A stretch of 36,728 bases of DNA from Planctomycetota bacterium (lineage in GTDB: Bacteria > Planctomycetota > PLA2 > JAEUHO01), in contig JAQBWE010000003.1 in NCBI GenBank assembly GCA_027625315.1, positions 1 to 36,728 of the forward strand, in the 5' to 3' direction. The translations under genes and the position numbers were made by a program. Positions 1 through 8,663 of the stretch are shown here, in pieces. The notes under the pieces are model-generated. The model saw only the letters and a program-made list of their open reading frames with translations. It was not told the origin of the DNA and did not search any database. How positions within the stretch are numbered: position 1 is the first letter of the stretch; every line of letters begins with the position of its first letter.

Positions 1-1
1 T

Positions 2-1147
2 TTGCGGCGCGCGGCCACCGAAGCTCGAGGGGTGGACCTCGAGCGGGCCCGCGACTTCGCAGCCGCGGAAGCGGCGCGGCACCACCTCTTCTACGGCTGT
101 GCCAACATCACGCAGTACGGACGCTTGGTTGGCTTTGACGGTCGCCGAGCGCGTGAGTACGCCGCTGCGGGTCGTGTGATCGAGCGCCATAGTCCGGCCG
201 CACAGGCCCTGCTCAGCGGAGTCATCGGTATCGAGGCCCTGGCGGCGCTGGAGCCGTTGTTCACGCAAGCGGATCTGCGTCTGCTGGATGAAGAGGGCAA
301 GCAGCTCGACGACGCGGCGACCCTTGCCTGGGCGGCCGTGCGCCCTGAGCGCGAGATCCGCGATGCGGTCATGCGACGCAAGGAAGAGGTCCGCGCGCAG
401 GCTGTGATTGTGAGCCGCACGCTGCATTTGACGCGCCAGGGCGCGCGCGACTTGGAGCGTACGCGCGTGCTGGTCTCACGGAGCGAACGGCGGCCGCTAT
501 CGATGAGCGAGGCCGCGGCATGCGCGTTTCGTGAGTTTGTCGCGCGCCATGACTCGTTGGAGCGTAGTGCCGGATCGAGGCGTTTGCCGGCGATGCCACG
601 ACGTGCGGATGGACAGCGTCACCCGCGGGCCATACCCGCCGAGGTGAAGCGCCAGTTGATGCGGACGTACGGCGACGTCTGTGCGATCGAAGGCTGCGAC
701 CACGACATCTGGCTCGAGAACGCTCACCATGTTCCTCATGCCCTGGGCGGAGGCAACGAGCTCGAAGACCAGCAGCGCATCTGCGCCGTCCATCACCGCA
801 TGAAAGACCACGGCGAGCTCAGGTGGGTTCCCCTCGGTGGCCCGGATACCTCGCAGGGTCACTACCTGACGCCAGAGGGGCGGATCGTGCGGCTGAGGCC
901 CGCTGATGGGGTCAGGGAGCGCGCGCCGCCGCTGGCGGTCTCGCGGGCTCGACGGCGAAGGCCGAAACCCAGACAGAGGCTCCAGGTACGGCCTGCTGGA
1001 TACGGGATCCTTCGCGTCGCTCGACGCGCTCGTAGGCTGGACGATCCGCACCATGCAGACCCCGACACAGGGCTGGATCCGCTTGGCCCTGGTGGCGCTG
1101 CCGATCACCGCGGTCTTGGTCGCGTGCGGCCAGCCCACTACAGATGA
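2..1147 (+). CDS. HNH endonuclease domain protein (DUF222-like architecture), 5'-truncated by the window edge
   Basis: C-terminal Zn/HNH signature CAIEGC...AHHVPHALGGGNELEDQQRICAVHH preceded by 'RAIPAEVKRQL'. The last ~70 codons are low-complexity and the final 95 nt overlap the next gene, so the functional end is uncertain. Confidence 0.75.
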   Translation: MRRAATEARGVDLERARDFAAAEAARHHLFYGCANITQYGRLVGFDGRRAREYAAAGRVIERHSPAAQALLSGVIGIEALAALEPLFTQADLRLLDEEGKQLDDAATLAWAAVRPEREIRDAVMRRKEEVRAQAVIVSRTLHLTRQGARDLERTRVLVSRSERRPLSMSEAAACAFREFVARHDSLERSAGSRRLPAMPRRADGQRHPRAIPAEVKRQLMRTYGDVCAIEGCDHDIWLENAHHVPHALGGGNELEDQQRICAVHHRMKDHGELRWVPLGGPDTSQGHYLTPEGRIVRLRPADGVRERAPPLAVSRARRRRPKPRQRLQVRPAGYGILRVARRARRLDDPHHADPDTGLDPLGPGGAADHRGLGRVRPAHYR

Positions 1148-3407
1148 TCCGGTCGCGGTCAGAGCGGCCGCCTTGGAGTATCAACACGCGGTTCCAGCGG
1201 TGCTTGAGCGCTATTGTCTTGAGTGCCATGGAGCCGAGGATCCTGAGGGTGGATTCAGCCTCGGGGCGTATCTGCCCGCGTTAGTCCCACCGGCCGCGGC
1301 GCAGATCCGTTCGTCTACGGCGGTCCTAGAGCGGCTCTCACATCACGTGAGCGGCGGCCTGATGCCGCCTGAGGGCAGTCCTCCCGTCCCTGAGGCGGAG
1401 CGGGAGCGCTTGACTGCTTGGATCGCAACTGCGATCGACCGTGCCTGGGTTGAGGCGGGACCCGATCCGGGTCGCGTGACCATGCGGCGTCTGAGCCGCT
1501 ATGAATACCGCAACACGGTGCGCGACCTGACGGGAGTGGACTATGACCCGAATGTCCGCTTCCCGGCAGACGACGTGGGCTACGGATTCGACCACATCGG
1601 TGACGTGCTGACGTTGCCCCCGGTACTCCTCGAGAAGTACATGGAGGCGGCCGAAGAGATCACGGCGCAGGCTCTCGTGGTTGTGCACGCTGACACGCCC
1701 GATGTGCGCGTGCGCAGGGTCGAGGCGGAGGCCGCTTCGCGAAGCGACGGTGCTGCCCTGGCCGCGGACGGGGTCTCGCTCAACTCAGTGAGCGATGTCT
1801 CAGCAATCCTGGCATTTCCAAGGGCGGGGTACTATCTGCTTCGCGCGCGCGTTCGGCCGACGCAGGCAGGGCCCGATGCTGTGCGGGTGCAGTTCGCGGT
1901 CGAGGACCGGGTCGTCGCCGACTTGCAGGTCGCGGAGCTGACCGGGACAATCGTTGATCGCTCTGTGCGGGTCCGCATGGGACGCGGCCAGCGCCGAATC
2001 TCAGTTCGCTTCCCGAACGATTACTACCAGCCTAATCACCCGGATCGCTCCCAGCGGGATCGGAACCTGTTCGTGGACTGGTTCGAAATCGAGGGTCCGG
2101 AGGAAGTCGAGCAGGGCGTCGAGCTCGACTCATTCCTCCCATGCGAGCCCAAGCCAGGGCGGGAGTCGGAGTGCGCCGAGGCGTACCTTGGGCCCTTGCT
2201 CGCACGCGCATTCCGACGGCCTGCAACGCCAGATGAGTTGCAGCGCTACGTGAGCTTGATGCTTGAGACCGTTGCGGCGGGAGAGTCGTTCGAAGGAGCC
2301 GCTCAGGTTGCGCTGCAGGCAGTACTCGTAGCACCGCAGTTCTTGTTTCGCATTGAGATGGACGCGCCGGGAGCTGACCGCAGCCGACCGCTCAACGATC
2401 ACGAGTTGGCCTCCCGGTTGAGCTACTTCCTTTGGAGCTCGTGCCCAGACGAGGACCTCGCAGCGGCTGCAGACTTGGGGATGCTCCGAGTAACGTTGCA
2501 TGAGCAGGTGGCTCGCATGCTCGCGGATGCGCGCTCACAGTCACTGGTCGAGAACTTCGCCGTTCAGTGGTTGGAGCTTCGCCGACTTGATACGGCCGCG
2601 CCAGATGCGCGACGCTTCAAGGCCTTTGATGAGGCATTGCGGGCCTCCATGCGACGAGAGACCGAGCTCTTTGTCGAGGCGATCATCACTGAGGATCGCA
2701 GCATCCTGGACCTCATCGACGCACCCTTCACGTATCTAAATGAGGCTCTCGCGGCGCACTATGGAATCGGCGGCGTTCAAGGAGACGAGTTCCGGAGGGT
2801 GGACCTGCCTGACGCGCGCCGCGGCGGCCTCCTGGGTCAGGCCTCGATCCTCACACTTACGAGCTTCCCGCACCGCACGTCACCCGTCCTGAGGGGGAAG
2901 TGGGTGCTCGAGGAGATCCTAGGTCAGCCTCCTCCGCCTCCGCCTCCGGGCGTGGGCACGCTAGAAGCCCAACCAACGGAGTTCCTGAAACTCTCGCTGC
3001 GGGAGCGTCTCGCGCGGCACCGGGCGGACCCTGGTTGCGCCGGCTGCCACGACACCATGGACAACCTGGGCTACGGGCTGGAGAACTTCAACGCGATCGG
3101 TGGCTGGCGGACGCGTGATGGCGCGACCACCCTGGACACGCGAGGTCAACTCCCCGATGGCCGTACATTCGAGGGCCCGGCGGAGCTGCGTCGTATCCTG
3201 CGCGCGGACCCGGGCTTCCCTCACTGCTTCGCAGAGAAGCTGCTGACCTACGCGCTGGGGCGTGGCCTGGAGCCCTTCGACCGGCCCGCACTCAAGCAGA
3301 TCACACGCGAAGCCCGGAGAGGTCAACTGCGCTTCTCGGCGTTCGTGCACGCTGTGGTGGCAACCGACGCGTTTACGATGCGTCGTACTCATGGAGAATC
3401 CCGATGA
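1053..3407 (+). CDS. DUF1592/DUF1588/DUF1587/DUF1585/DUF1595 (PSD) family protein with cytochrome c motifs, probable lipoprotein
   Basis: ATG 1053 gives a signal peptide with lipobox-like VLVAC. Heme motifs CLECH and CAGCH; family motifs RRLSRYEYRNTVRDL, ELASRLSYFLWSSCPD, RTSPVLRGKWVLE, EKLLTYALGRGL; an inserted CBM-like segment (FPNDYY...DRNLFVDWFEIEGP). Confidence 0.92.
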   Translation: MQTPTQGWIRLALVALPITAVLVACGQPTTDDPVAVRAAALEYQHAVPAVLERYCLECHGAEDPEGGFSLGAYLPALVPPAAAQIRSSTAVLERLSHHVSGGLMPPEGSPPVPEAERERLTAWIATAIDRAWVEAGPDPGRVTMRRLSRYEYRNTVRDLTGVDYDPNVRFPADDVGYGFDHIGDVLTLPPVLLEKYMEAAEEITAQALVVVHADTPDVRVRRVEAEAASRSDGAALAADGVSLNSVSDVSAILAFPRAGYYLLRARVRPTQAGPDAVRVQFAVEDRVVADLQVAELTGTIVDRSVRVRMGRGQRRISVRFPNDYYQPNHPDRSQRDRNLFVDWFEIEGPEEVEQGVELDSFLPCEPKPGRESECAEAYLGPLLARAFRRPATPDELQRYVSLMLETVAAGESFEGAAQVALQAVLVAPQFLFRIEMDAPGADRSRPLNDHELASRLSYFLWSSCPDEDLAAAADLGMLRVTLHEQVARMLADARSQSLVENFAVQWLELRRLDTAAPDARRFKAFDEALRASMRRETELFVEAIITEDRSILDLIDAPFTYLNEALAAHYGIGGVQGDEFRRVDLPDARRGGLLGQASILTLTSFPHRTSPVLRGKWVLEEILGQPPPPPPPGVGTLEAQPTEFLKLSLRERLARHRADPGCAGCHDTMDNLGYGLENFNAIGGWRTRDGATTLDTRGQLPDGRTFEGPAELRRILRADPGFPHCFAEKLLTYALGRGLEPFDRPALKQITREARRGQLRFSAFVHAVVATDAFTMRRTHGESR

Positions 3408-4792
3408 GCTCGCCCCGGCCGTTTGCCCGGAACCCCCTGAGCCGCCGAACGGTCCTTCGCGGCGTGGGTGCCGCCTTGGCCCTGCCGTGGCTCGAGGGCA
3501 TGAGCGGTGCCATGCGCGCCCTAGCCAGGGCTGAGGATGCACCTGCCCACCCCCGCAGGCTCGCATTCCTGTTCATGCCGAACGGCGCGCACATGGCGGA
3601 TTGGACACCGGCGTTGGAGGGTCGTGCGTTCGCGCTGCCGTGGATCTTGGAGCCGCTCGCGGCGCATCGAGACGACCTCCTTGTGCTGTCCGGACTTGCG
3701 CAGGATCAGGCTCGTGCGCATGGTGACGGGCCCGGCGACCATGCCCGCAGCGCCGCAGTGTTCCTCACAGGCGCGCATCCAGTGAAGACGGGCGGCGCCA
3801 ACCTGAGGGTCGGCGTGTCGGTCGATCAGGTGGCCGCTAGGGTGGTCGGAGCCGAGACTCGGTTCGCTTCGTTGGAGCTCGGCGTTGAGGGCGGCCGCTC
3901 CAATGGCGAGTGTGACTCTGGGTACAGCTGCGCCTACTCGAACAACATCAGCTGGCGCGGCCCTTCAACGCCCAGCTCCAAGGACGTCGATCCGCGAGTT
4001 GTGTTCGAGCGCCTGTTCTTGAATGGGAAGCCCGGGGAGACTGATGCGGCTCGCGAACGCCGCATTCGGCGGCGCAAGAGCATTTTGGATTTCGTGGGCG
4101 AGGACGCGCGTGCACTGAGAGATCGGCTAGGTGTGGCCGATCGGGCTAAGCTCGACGAGTACCTAGCCGGTGTCCGTGAGCTCGAGGCCCGCATCGAGAA
4201 GACGGAGCGGCTCCGCGTTGACCCCACTGGTGCCGCCGCATCGTTTCCAGCCCCTACGATGACACGCGATGCTCTGCGGGAGGATCGGCGCGAACACATT
4301 CGGATCCTCTGCGAGCTCCTCGTCTTGGCCTTTCAGACGGACACGACGCGCGTTGCTACGTTCATGCTCGGGAATGGCGGGAGCAACCTGGCCTATCCCC
4401 AGGCCGATGTTCGGGAAGGGCACCACGGTCTGTCGCATCACGGAAATGACCCAGACAAGATCGAGAAGATTCGGCGGATCAACCGATTCCACATCGAGCA
4501 GTACGCCTACCTCCTCTCGCGGCTCCGCGAGGTTCGGGAGGGAGACGGCACGCTCCTAGACAACTCCCTGATCATGATCGGGAGCGGAATCGGCGACGGG
4601 AATCGGCACAATCACGACGATCTACCCATCCTGCTCGCAGGACGGGGGGGCGGGACTGTGCGGCCGGGGCGCCATGTCGCCTACGCGCGCTCAACGCCGC
4701 TCAACAACTTGTACCTCTCGATGCTCGACATAGCGGGGGCTCCGACGAAGAGCCTCGGGGACGGCACAGGAGCCCTGCCCGGCCTGGGCTAG
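3404..4792 (+). CDS. DUF1552 (HXXSHH) family protein, Tat-like leader
   Basis: LSRRTVLRGVGAALALPWLE leader; CDSGYSCAY and GHHGLSHH motifs; ATGA overlap with the DUF1592 gene, its usual partner. Confidence 0.93.
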   Translation: MSSPRPFARNPLSRRTVLRGVGAALALPWLEGMSGAMRALARAEDAPAHPRRLAFLFMPNGAHMADWTPALEGRAFALPWILEPLAAHRDDLLVLSGLAQDQARAHGDGPGDHARSAAVFLTGAHPVKTGGANLRVGVSVDQVAARVVGAETRFASLELGVEGGRSNGECDSGYSCAYSNNISWRGPSTPSSKDVDPRVVFERLFLNGKPGETDAARERRIRRRKSILDFVGEDARALRDRLGVADRAKLDEYLAGVRELEARIEKTERLRVDPTGAAASFPAPTMTRDALREDRREHIRILCELLVLAFQTDTTRVATFMLGNGGSNLAYPQADVREGHHGLSHHGNDPDKIEKIRRINRFHIEQYAYLLSRLREVREGDGTLLDNSLIMIGSGIGDGNRHNHDDLPILLAGRGGGTVRPGRHVAYARSTPLNNLYLSMLDIAGAPTKSLGDGTGALPGLG

Positions 4793-4866
4793 TGCGGTCT
4801 CGTCGCCAGCACAGGGCGGCGCACCTGCTTGTGCAACTACCGAAGGCCGTCCGGTAGTCTGGGAGT

Positions 4867-6984
4867 ATGCGGTTCCGAGCTCTCGTACTCCTGGGGCTGC
4901 CACTTCTTTGCTGCGCGGTTCTACGAGAGCCGGCGGCTTCGGACCCGCTCCCGGCGCGCGTGGCGGGCGAAATTGTGCTTCGTGGCGACCCCGATGGACT
5001 CGCCGCCGTCCGCTTCGTCCCCGCGTTTCCCCAGCTGCGTTTCCAACGTCCGCTCTGGGTTGGCAGTCCTCCGGGTAGGACCAACGAACTCTGGGTGCTT
5101 GAGCAGGACGGACGGATCTGGGCATTCGAGAACCGGTTGGAGGTGACGGAGCGTCGGCTCGTCCTCGACATCTCCGAGAAGGTCTACCGCCGGCACAACG
5201 AGGAAGGGCTGCTGGGCCTCGCGTTCCATCCTGGCTTCGCCCGCAACGGCCGCGTGTACATCCACTACTCCGCAGACGGCCCTCGCCGCGGCGTCGTGGC
5301 CCGCCTCCAACTGTCCGCCGATCGAACGCGGCTTGACCCGACGAGTGAGTCGCTGGTCCTAGAGCAGGCTCAGCCGTGGGGGAACCACAACGGTGGCGGA
5401 CTCGAATTCGGTCCGGACGGCTATCTCTACGTGTCGTTCGGCGATGGAGGAGCCGCGAACGACCCACTCGGCAGCGGCCAGGATGTGTCTACGTGGCTTG
5501 GGGCCATGCTGCGGATCGATGTGGATGCGGGCGAGCGCTACGCAGTGCCGACCGACAACCCGTTCATTCATCGTGCAGGAGCTCGTCCTGAGATCTGGGC
5601 CTACGGCCTGCGCAACGTGTGGCGATTCTCCTTCGATCGCGTGACAGGCGCGCTTTGGGCGGGTGACGTCGGCCAGAATGCATGGGAGGAGATCGACATC
5701 CTTACGGCTGGAGGCAACTACGGCTGGAACGCACGCGAGGGACACGAGGCATTCCGGCGCGGCGTGAAGCAGAAGGACATGATCGATCCGGTGGTCTCGC
5801 ACCCCGTCCAGGAGGCGCGGTCCATCACGGGCGGCTATGTGTATCGGGGCTCAGCGGTACCAAGCCTGCAAGGTGCGTACGTGTACGCGGACTACGCCAC
5901 GGGCTGGATGTGGGCGCTGCGCTGGAGTGGATCGGCGGTGACGCAGCAGATGCGGCTTGGGCGCGGTGGGCCGGTATCAAGCTTCGGAGAGGATGGGAAG
6001 GGCGAGCTCCTGTTCGCGAGCTTTGACGGTCGGCTCTACGGCTTTGCGCCGGTGGGCGCGGAGTCGGAAGGCGTGTTTCCGCGACGGTTGTCGGCCACCG
6101 GCTTGTTTCTCGACACGCAGGCGATGGTGCCCAATCCAGCGCTCATCCCGTATTCGGTCAACGTACCCCTGTGGGCGGATGGGGCGGAGAAGAGCCGCTA
6201 TGTGATGCTTCCGCGCATGGAGCGCATCCGCGTGGATCGCGATGGCTCGTATCGCTATCCAATCGGCACCATCTTCGTGAAGACGTTCCTGGCGGGCGAG
6301 TTCCGACTTGAGACGCGGCTACTTGTCCTCCGCGAGAATGGCTGGGCAGGGTTCACGTACGCCTGGGACGACGCCCAGGAAGATGCAGTCCTTCTGGATG
6401 CGCGCGTGAACCGACCGCTATCGGATGCCCTTGCGGGACAGCTCGCGTCCAAAGTCTGGACCTATCCTGGCCGTGCAGATTGCACGAGCTGCCATACGGC
6501 TCAAGCGGGCTTCATCCTTGGATTTCGAAGCGAGCAGCTAGATCGACCGCGTGCTGTAGGAGCGGGGAAGCAGGAGAACCAGCTCCAGGCATTCGCACAC
6601 ATCGGTCTGTTCGACGGCGAGCCGCGAAGTGATCCCGCCTGGCCGGATTGGACCGAGACACGAACCGATCCCACGGCACAGGTTCGCGCGTACCTCGATG
6701 CCAACTGTGCCTACTGCCACCAGCCGGGCGGCACCGGGAACGCGCGCATCGATCTGCGCTATGGCACGCCGCTCGGCGAAGCTCGACTTGTCAACGAGGC
6801 GCCGGGCCAGGGCGATCTCGGCGTACTCGGCGCGCGAGTTGTCGTGCCGGGGCAGCCCAAGGCGAGCCTGCTGTATCTGCGTATGCTCCGAACCGATGCG
6901 GCCGGCATGCCCAATCTTGCTCACAATGCGGTTGACCCAACTGCCGCTGCGCGCGTGCGTACGTGGATTGAGTCGCTGCGCTAG
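4867..6984 (+). CDS. PQQ-dependent sugar dehydrogenase (GSDH-like beta-propeller) fused to a di-heme cytochrome c domain
   Basis: Signal peptide; EEGLLGLAFHP, NHNGG, FGPDGYLY, EIWAYGLRNVWRFSFD, DVGQNAWEEID; C-terminal CTSCH and CAYCH heme motifs. Confidence 0.9.
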   Translation: MRFRALVLLGLPLLCCAVLREPAASDPLPARVAGEIVLRGDPDGLAAVRFVPAFPQLRFQRPLWVGSPPGRTNELWVLEQDGRIWAFENRLEVTERRLVLDISEKVYRRHNEEGLLGLAFHPGFARNGRVYIHYSADGPRRGVVARLQLSADRTRLDPTSESLVLEQAQPWGNHNGGGLEFGPDGYLYVSFGDGGAANDPLGSGQDVSTWLGAMLRIDVDAGERYAVPTDNPFIHRAGARPEIWAYGLRNVWRFSFDRVTGALWAGDVGQNAWEEIDILTAGGNYGWNAREGHEAFRRGVKQKDMIDPVVSHPVQEARSITGGYVYRGSAVPSLQGAYVYADYATGWMWALRWSGSAVTQQMRLGRGGPVSSFGEDGKGELLFASFDGRLYGFAPVGAESEGVFPRRLSATGLFLDTQAMVPNPALIPYSVNVPLWADGAEKSRYVMLPRMERIRVDRDGSYRYPIGTIFVKTFLAGEFRLETRLLVLRENGWAGFTYAWDDAQEDAVLLDARVNRPLSDALAGQLASKVWTYPGRADCTSCHTAQAGFILGFRSEQLDRPRAVGAGKQENQLQAFAHIGLFDGEPRSDPAWPDWTETRTDPTAQVRAYLDANCAYCHQPGGTGNARIDLRYGTPLGEARLVNEAPGQGDLGVLGARVVVPGQPKASLLYLRMLRTDAAGMPNLAHNAVDPTAAARVRTWIESLR

Positions 6985-6993
6985 CGCGGTGAG

Positions 6994-7563
6994 TTAGGAC
7001 CCGGAGAGGACCGTGCCCGTGCGGTGGATGCGTTCGAGGGCGGCGGTGCGATCACGGTCGGTGGGCAAGAGCCAGCGGTCAAACCCCCGTCGCCAGACGC
7101 GACCCGCCGGGGGCCGAGCCCAGCCGTGGTACTCCGTGCCCCGTAGGTACGCCTTGGTTGTGGTGAACTTGAGCCACCTGATGATGACGCGTAGATGCTC
7201 GGGATCATCAAGTGCGGCTTGGGAGGAGGAGAAGAAGCGGACAATGCCGAGGACACCTCTCGGACCGATGGCGAACGGCTCCAAGCGCACATGCAGGTAC
7301 CGCTGGGGGAGCTGATACCAGTAGTGGCGAACTGCGAGGCCAAAGCCCGACAAGGTTCCGAAAGCACCACCCCCGTCGGCCCCCGCGTCGGCCTCGGTGG
7401 CGGAATCGGTGGCGGAATCGGTGGTGGAGCCGCCGCCGGCGCTGTCTGGCGCGTGCGCAAGCAGCCCAGTTACGTGAGGCTCAATCGTGAGCCCTAGCAG
7501 ATACCGCTGCGGAGACGCATGGGCGAACCCGGTGGTCGCAGAACGAGGAGGACCCAAGATCAT
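6994..7563 (-). CDS. Degenerate REP-associated tyrosine transposase (RAYT/Y1 HUH)-like protein lacking catalytic residues
   Basis: Follows the RAYT pattern along its whole length (LSGFGLAVRHYWYQLPQRYLHVRLEPFAIGPRGVLGIV; IIRWLKFTTTKAYLRG...HGW...GRVWRRGF), but PNHxH reads PRGVL and the YIxxNP Tyr region reads RIHRTG. By-eye alignment only. Confidence 0.65.
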   Translation of the reverse strand: MILGPPRSATTGFAHASPQRYLLGLTIEPHVTGLLAHAPDSAGGGSTTDSATDSATEADAGADGGGAFGTLSGFGLAVRHYWYQLPQRYLHVRLEPFAIGPRGVLGIVRFFSSSQAALDDPEHLRVIIRWLKFTTTKAYLRGTEYHGWARPPAGRVWRRGFDRWLLPTDRDRTAALERIHRTGTVLSGS

Positions 7564-7587
7564 GCCAAGCCCTCGCGGCTCGGCATG
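7561..7587 (-). terminator. Stem-loop after the selenoprotein stop, possible terminator or attenuator
   Basis: Minus strand CATGCCGAGCC-GCGAG-GGCTTGGCATG forms an 11-bp stem with one G-U pair, 16 nt after the TAG at 7604. The U-tract is weak (ATCTT), and the 3' arm contains the ATG of the RAYT-like gene. Confidence 0.4.
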
Positions 7588-7603
7588 CGGGGGTCACACT
7601 TGG

Positions 7604-8599
7604 CTACTCAGCAGCTTCGAGCTCCGCGATCAGCGCGGCCGCGGCCTTGCCCGCCCGTGTATCGCGGTAGGACTTCCCCGTCATCGGGGCGAGGGCCTTC
7701 AGGGTCTTCTTGCTGGACATGCCGCGAATCTCCGCGCGGATCTTGGCGAAACGGTCCCCTGCTTTGATCTCGTCCTTCTTCTCGCCATCGGAGAGCAACT
7801 CCGCGGCCAGGCTCGCAGCCCGCTTGCCAATCGCGCTGCCCTTGTAGCCCTTGGAGATGTCCTCGTAGGCGACCCACGCCTCGTAGAAGTCGCCCGCCTC
7901 AGCGGACTTGCCGGCCTCTGTGACGGTCGACTCCGCGTACCACGTGAGCCAGGTGTCAATCTTTGTGGCGACGGCCGCATCGGCTTCTTCGAGCTTGCCG
8001 CCCTCGATCGCCTTGAGTACCGCCGTCTGCGCGTCGGCGAACTTCTCCTTGTCGAACTGCTTGCGCGCACTCGCAAGAGCCTTGGGGAACTCCGGCAGGA
8101 TCTGCGCTTGCTGGAGGGCTTCCTCGATGACGCTGTCTTGGAGGTTGCCGGGGTGACCGGTCCAGAGAATGCGTCCGTCGGGCCCAATGAGGAACGACGA
8201 CGGGTAACTGTTGCACCCGTAGTTGCTCATGCTGTCCGAACTCTCGAGAACGATCGGATGCTTGGCGCCGGTCTCCTCGACGAACTTGTCGACTGCCGCG
8301 CGGTCCTGCTTCGTGATCGCGAGGATCGAGAGACCCTTGTCGGACATCTCCGCGTGCAGCTTGTCCAGGTGAACCACCTGGGTCTTGCAGGGGCCTCACC
8401 CGGTGCTGAAGAGCTCGATGAACACGATTCGGCCGCGCAGCGACTTGAGATCGACCGGCTCCGAGTTGACGAACTCCTTGCCCTCAAAGTCGGCGGCGCG
8501 ATCACCCACGCCGAGGACCACGCCCGCGTGAACGGGGGTGGCAACGGTTAGCGCCAATCCGGCACCGAGCAGCAATCCGAGTGTTCGCAGCGTGCGCAT
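7604..8599 (-). CDS. Exported thioredoxin-fold redoxin (TlpA/AhpC-TSA-like) selenoprotein, U68-G-P-C71 active site, 331 aa
   Basis: ORFs 8396..8599 and 7604..8377 are in one frame: ...RGRIVFIELFSTG-TGA-GPCKTQVVHLDKL. The TGA (8398-8396) sits at the first Cys of CxxC; cis-Pro motif SYPSSFLIGPDGRI; signal peptide ending VHA; GGAGG RBS before ATG 8599. Confidence 0.92.
8365..8381 (-). promoter_or_regulatory. Putative bacterial SECIS hairpin
   Basis: CCAGGTG-GTT-CACCTGG is a perfect 7-bp stem starting 15 nt after the UGA. The apical loop begins G-U at +22, matching the bacterial SECIS consensus. Confidence 0.8.
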
Positions 8600-8663
8600 A
8601 CGTAGGCCTCCGTCGAGAGAGCCCCAGTGTATGCGACGGGCCCCGCCAAGCCTCGCAGACGGT

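Noticed and set aside
8396-8398. Genome-wide UGA reassignment (genetic code 4/25) or a pseudogene
   Set aside because: TGA terminates many genes here with ATGA/TGATG coupling. Its position at the catalytic Cys plus the SECIS-like hairpin favours Sec.
7487-8551. Long antisense or alternate-frame ORFs (e.g. 7487..8551+, 17110..18438-, 23939..25288-, 31104..32501-, 35430..36500+)
   Set aside because: They overlap well-supported genes, are Arg/Ala/Pro-rich without motifs, and are expected in high-GC DNA.
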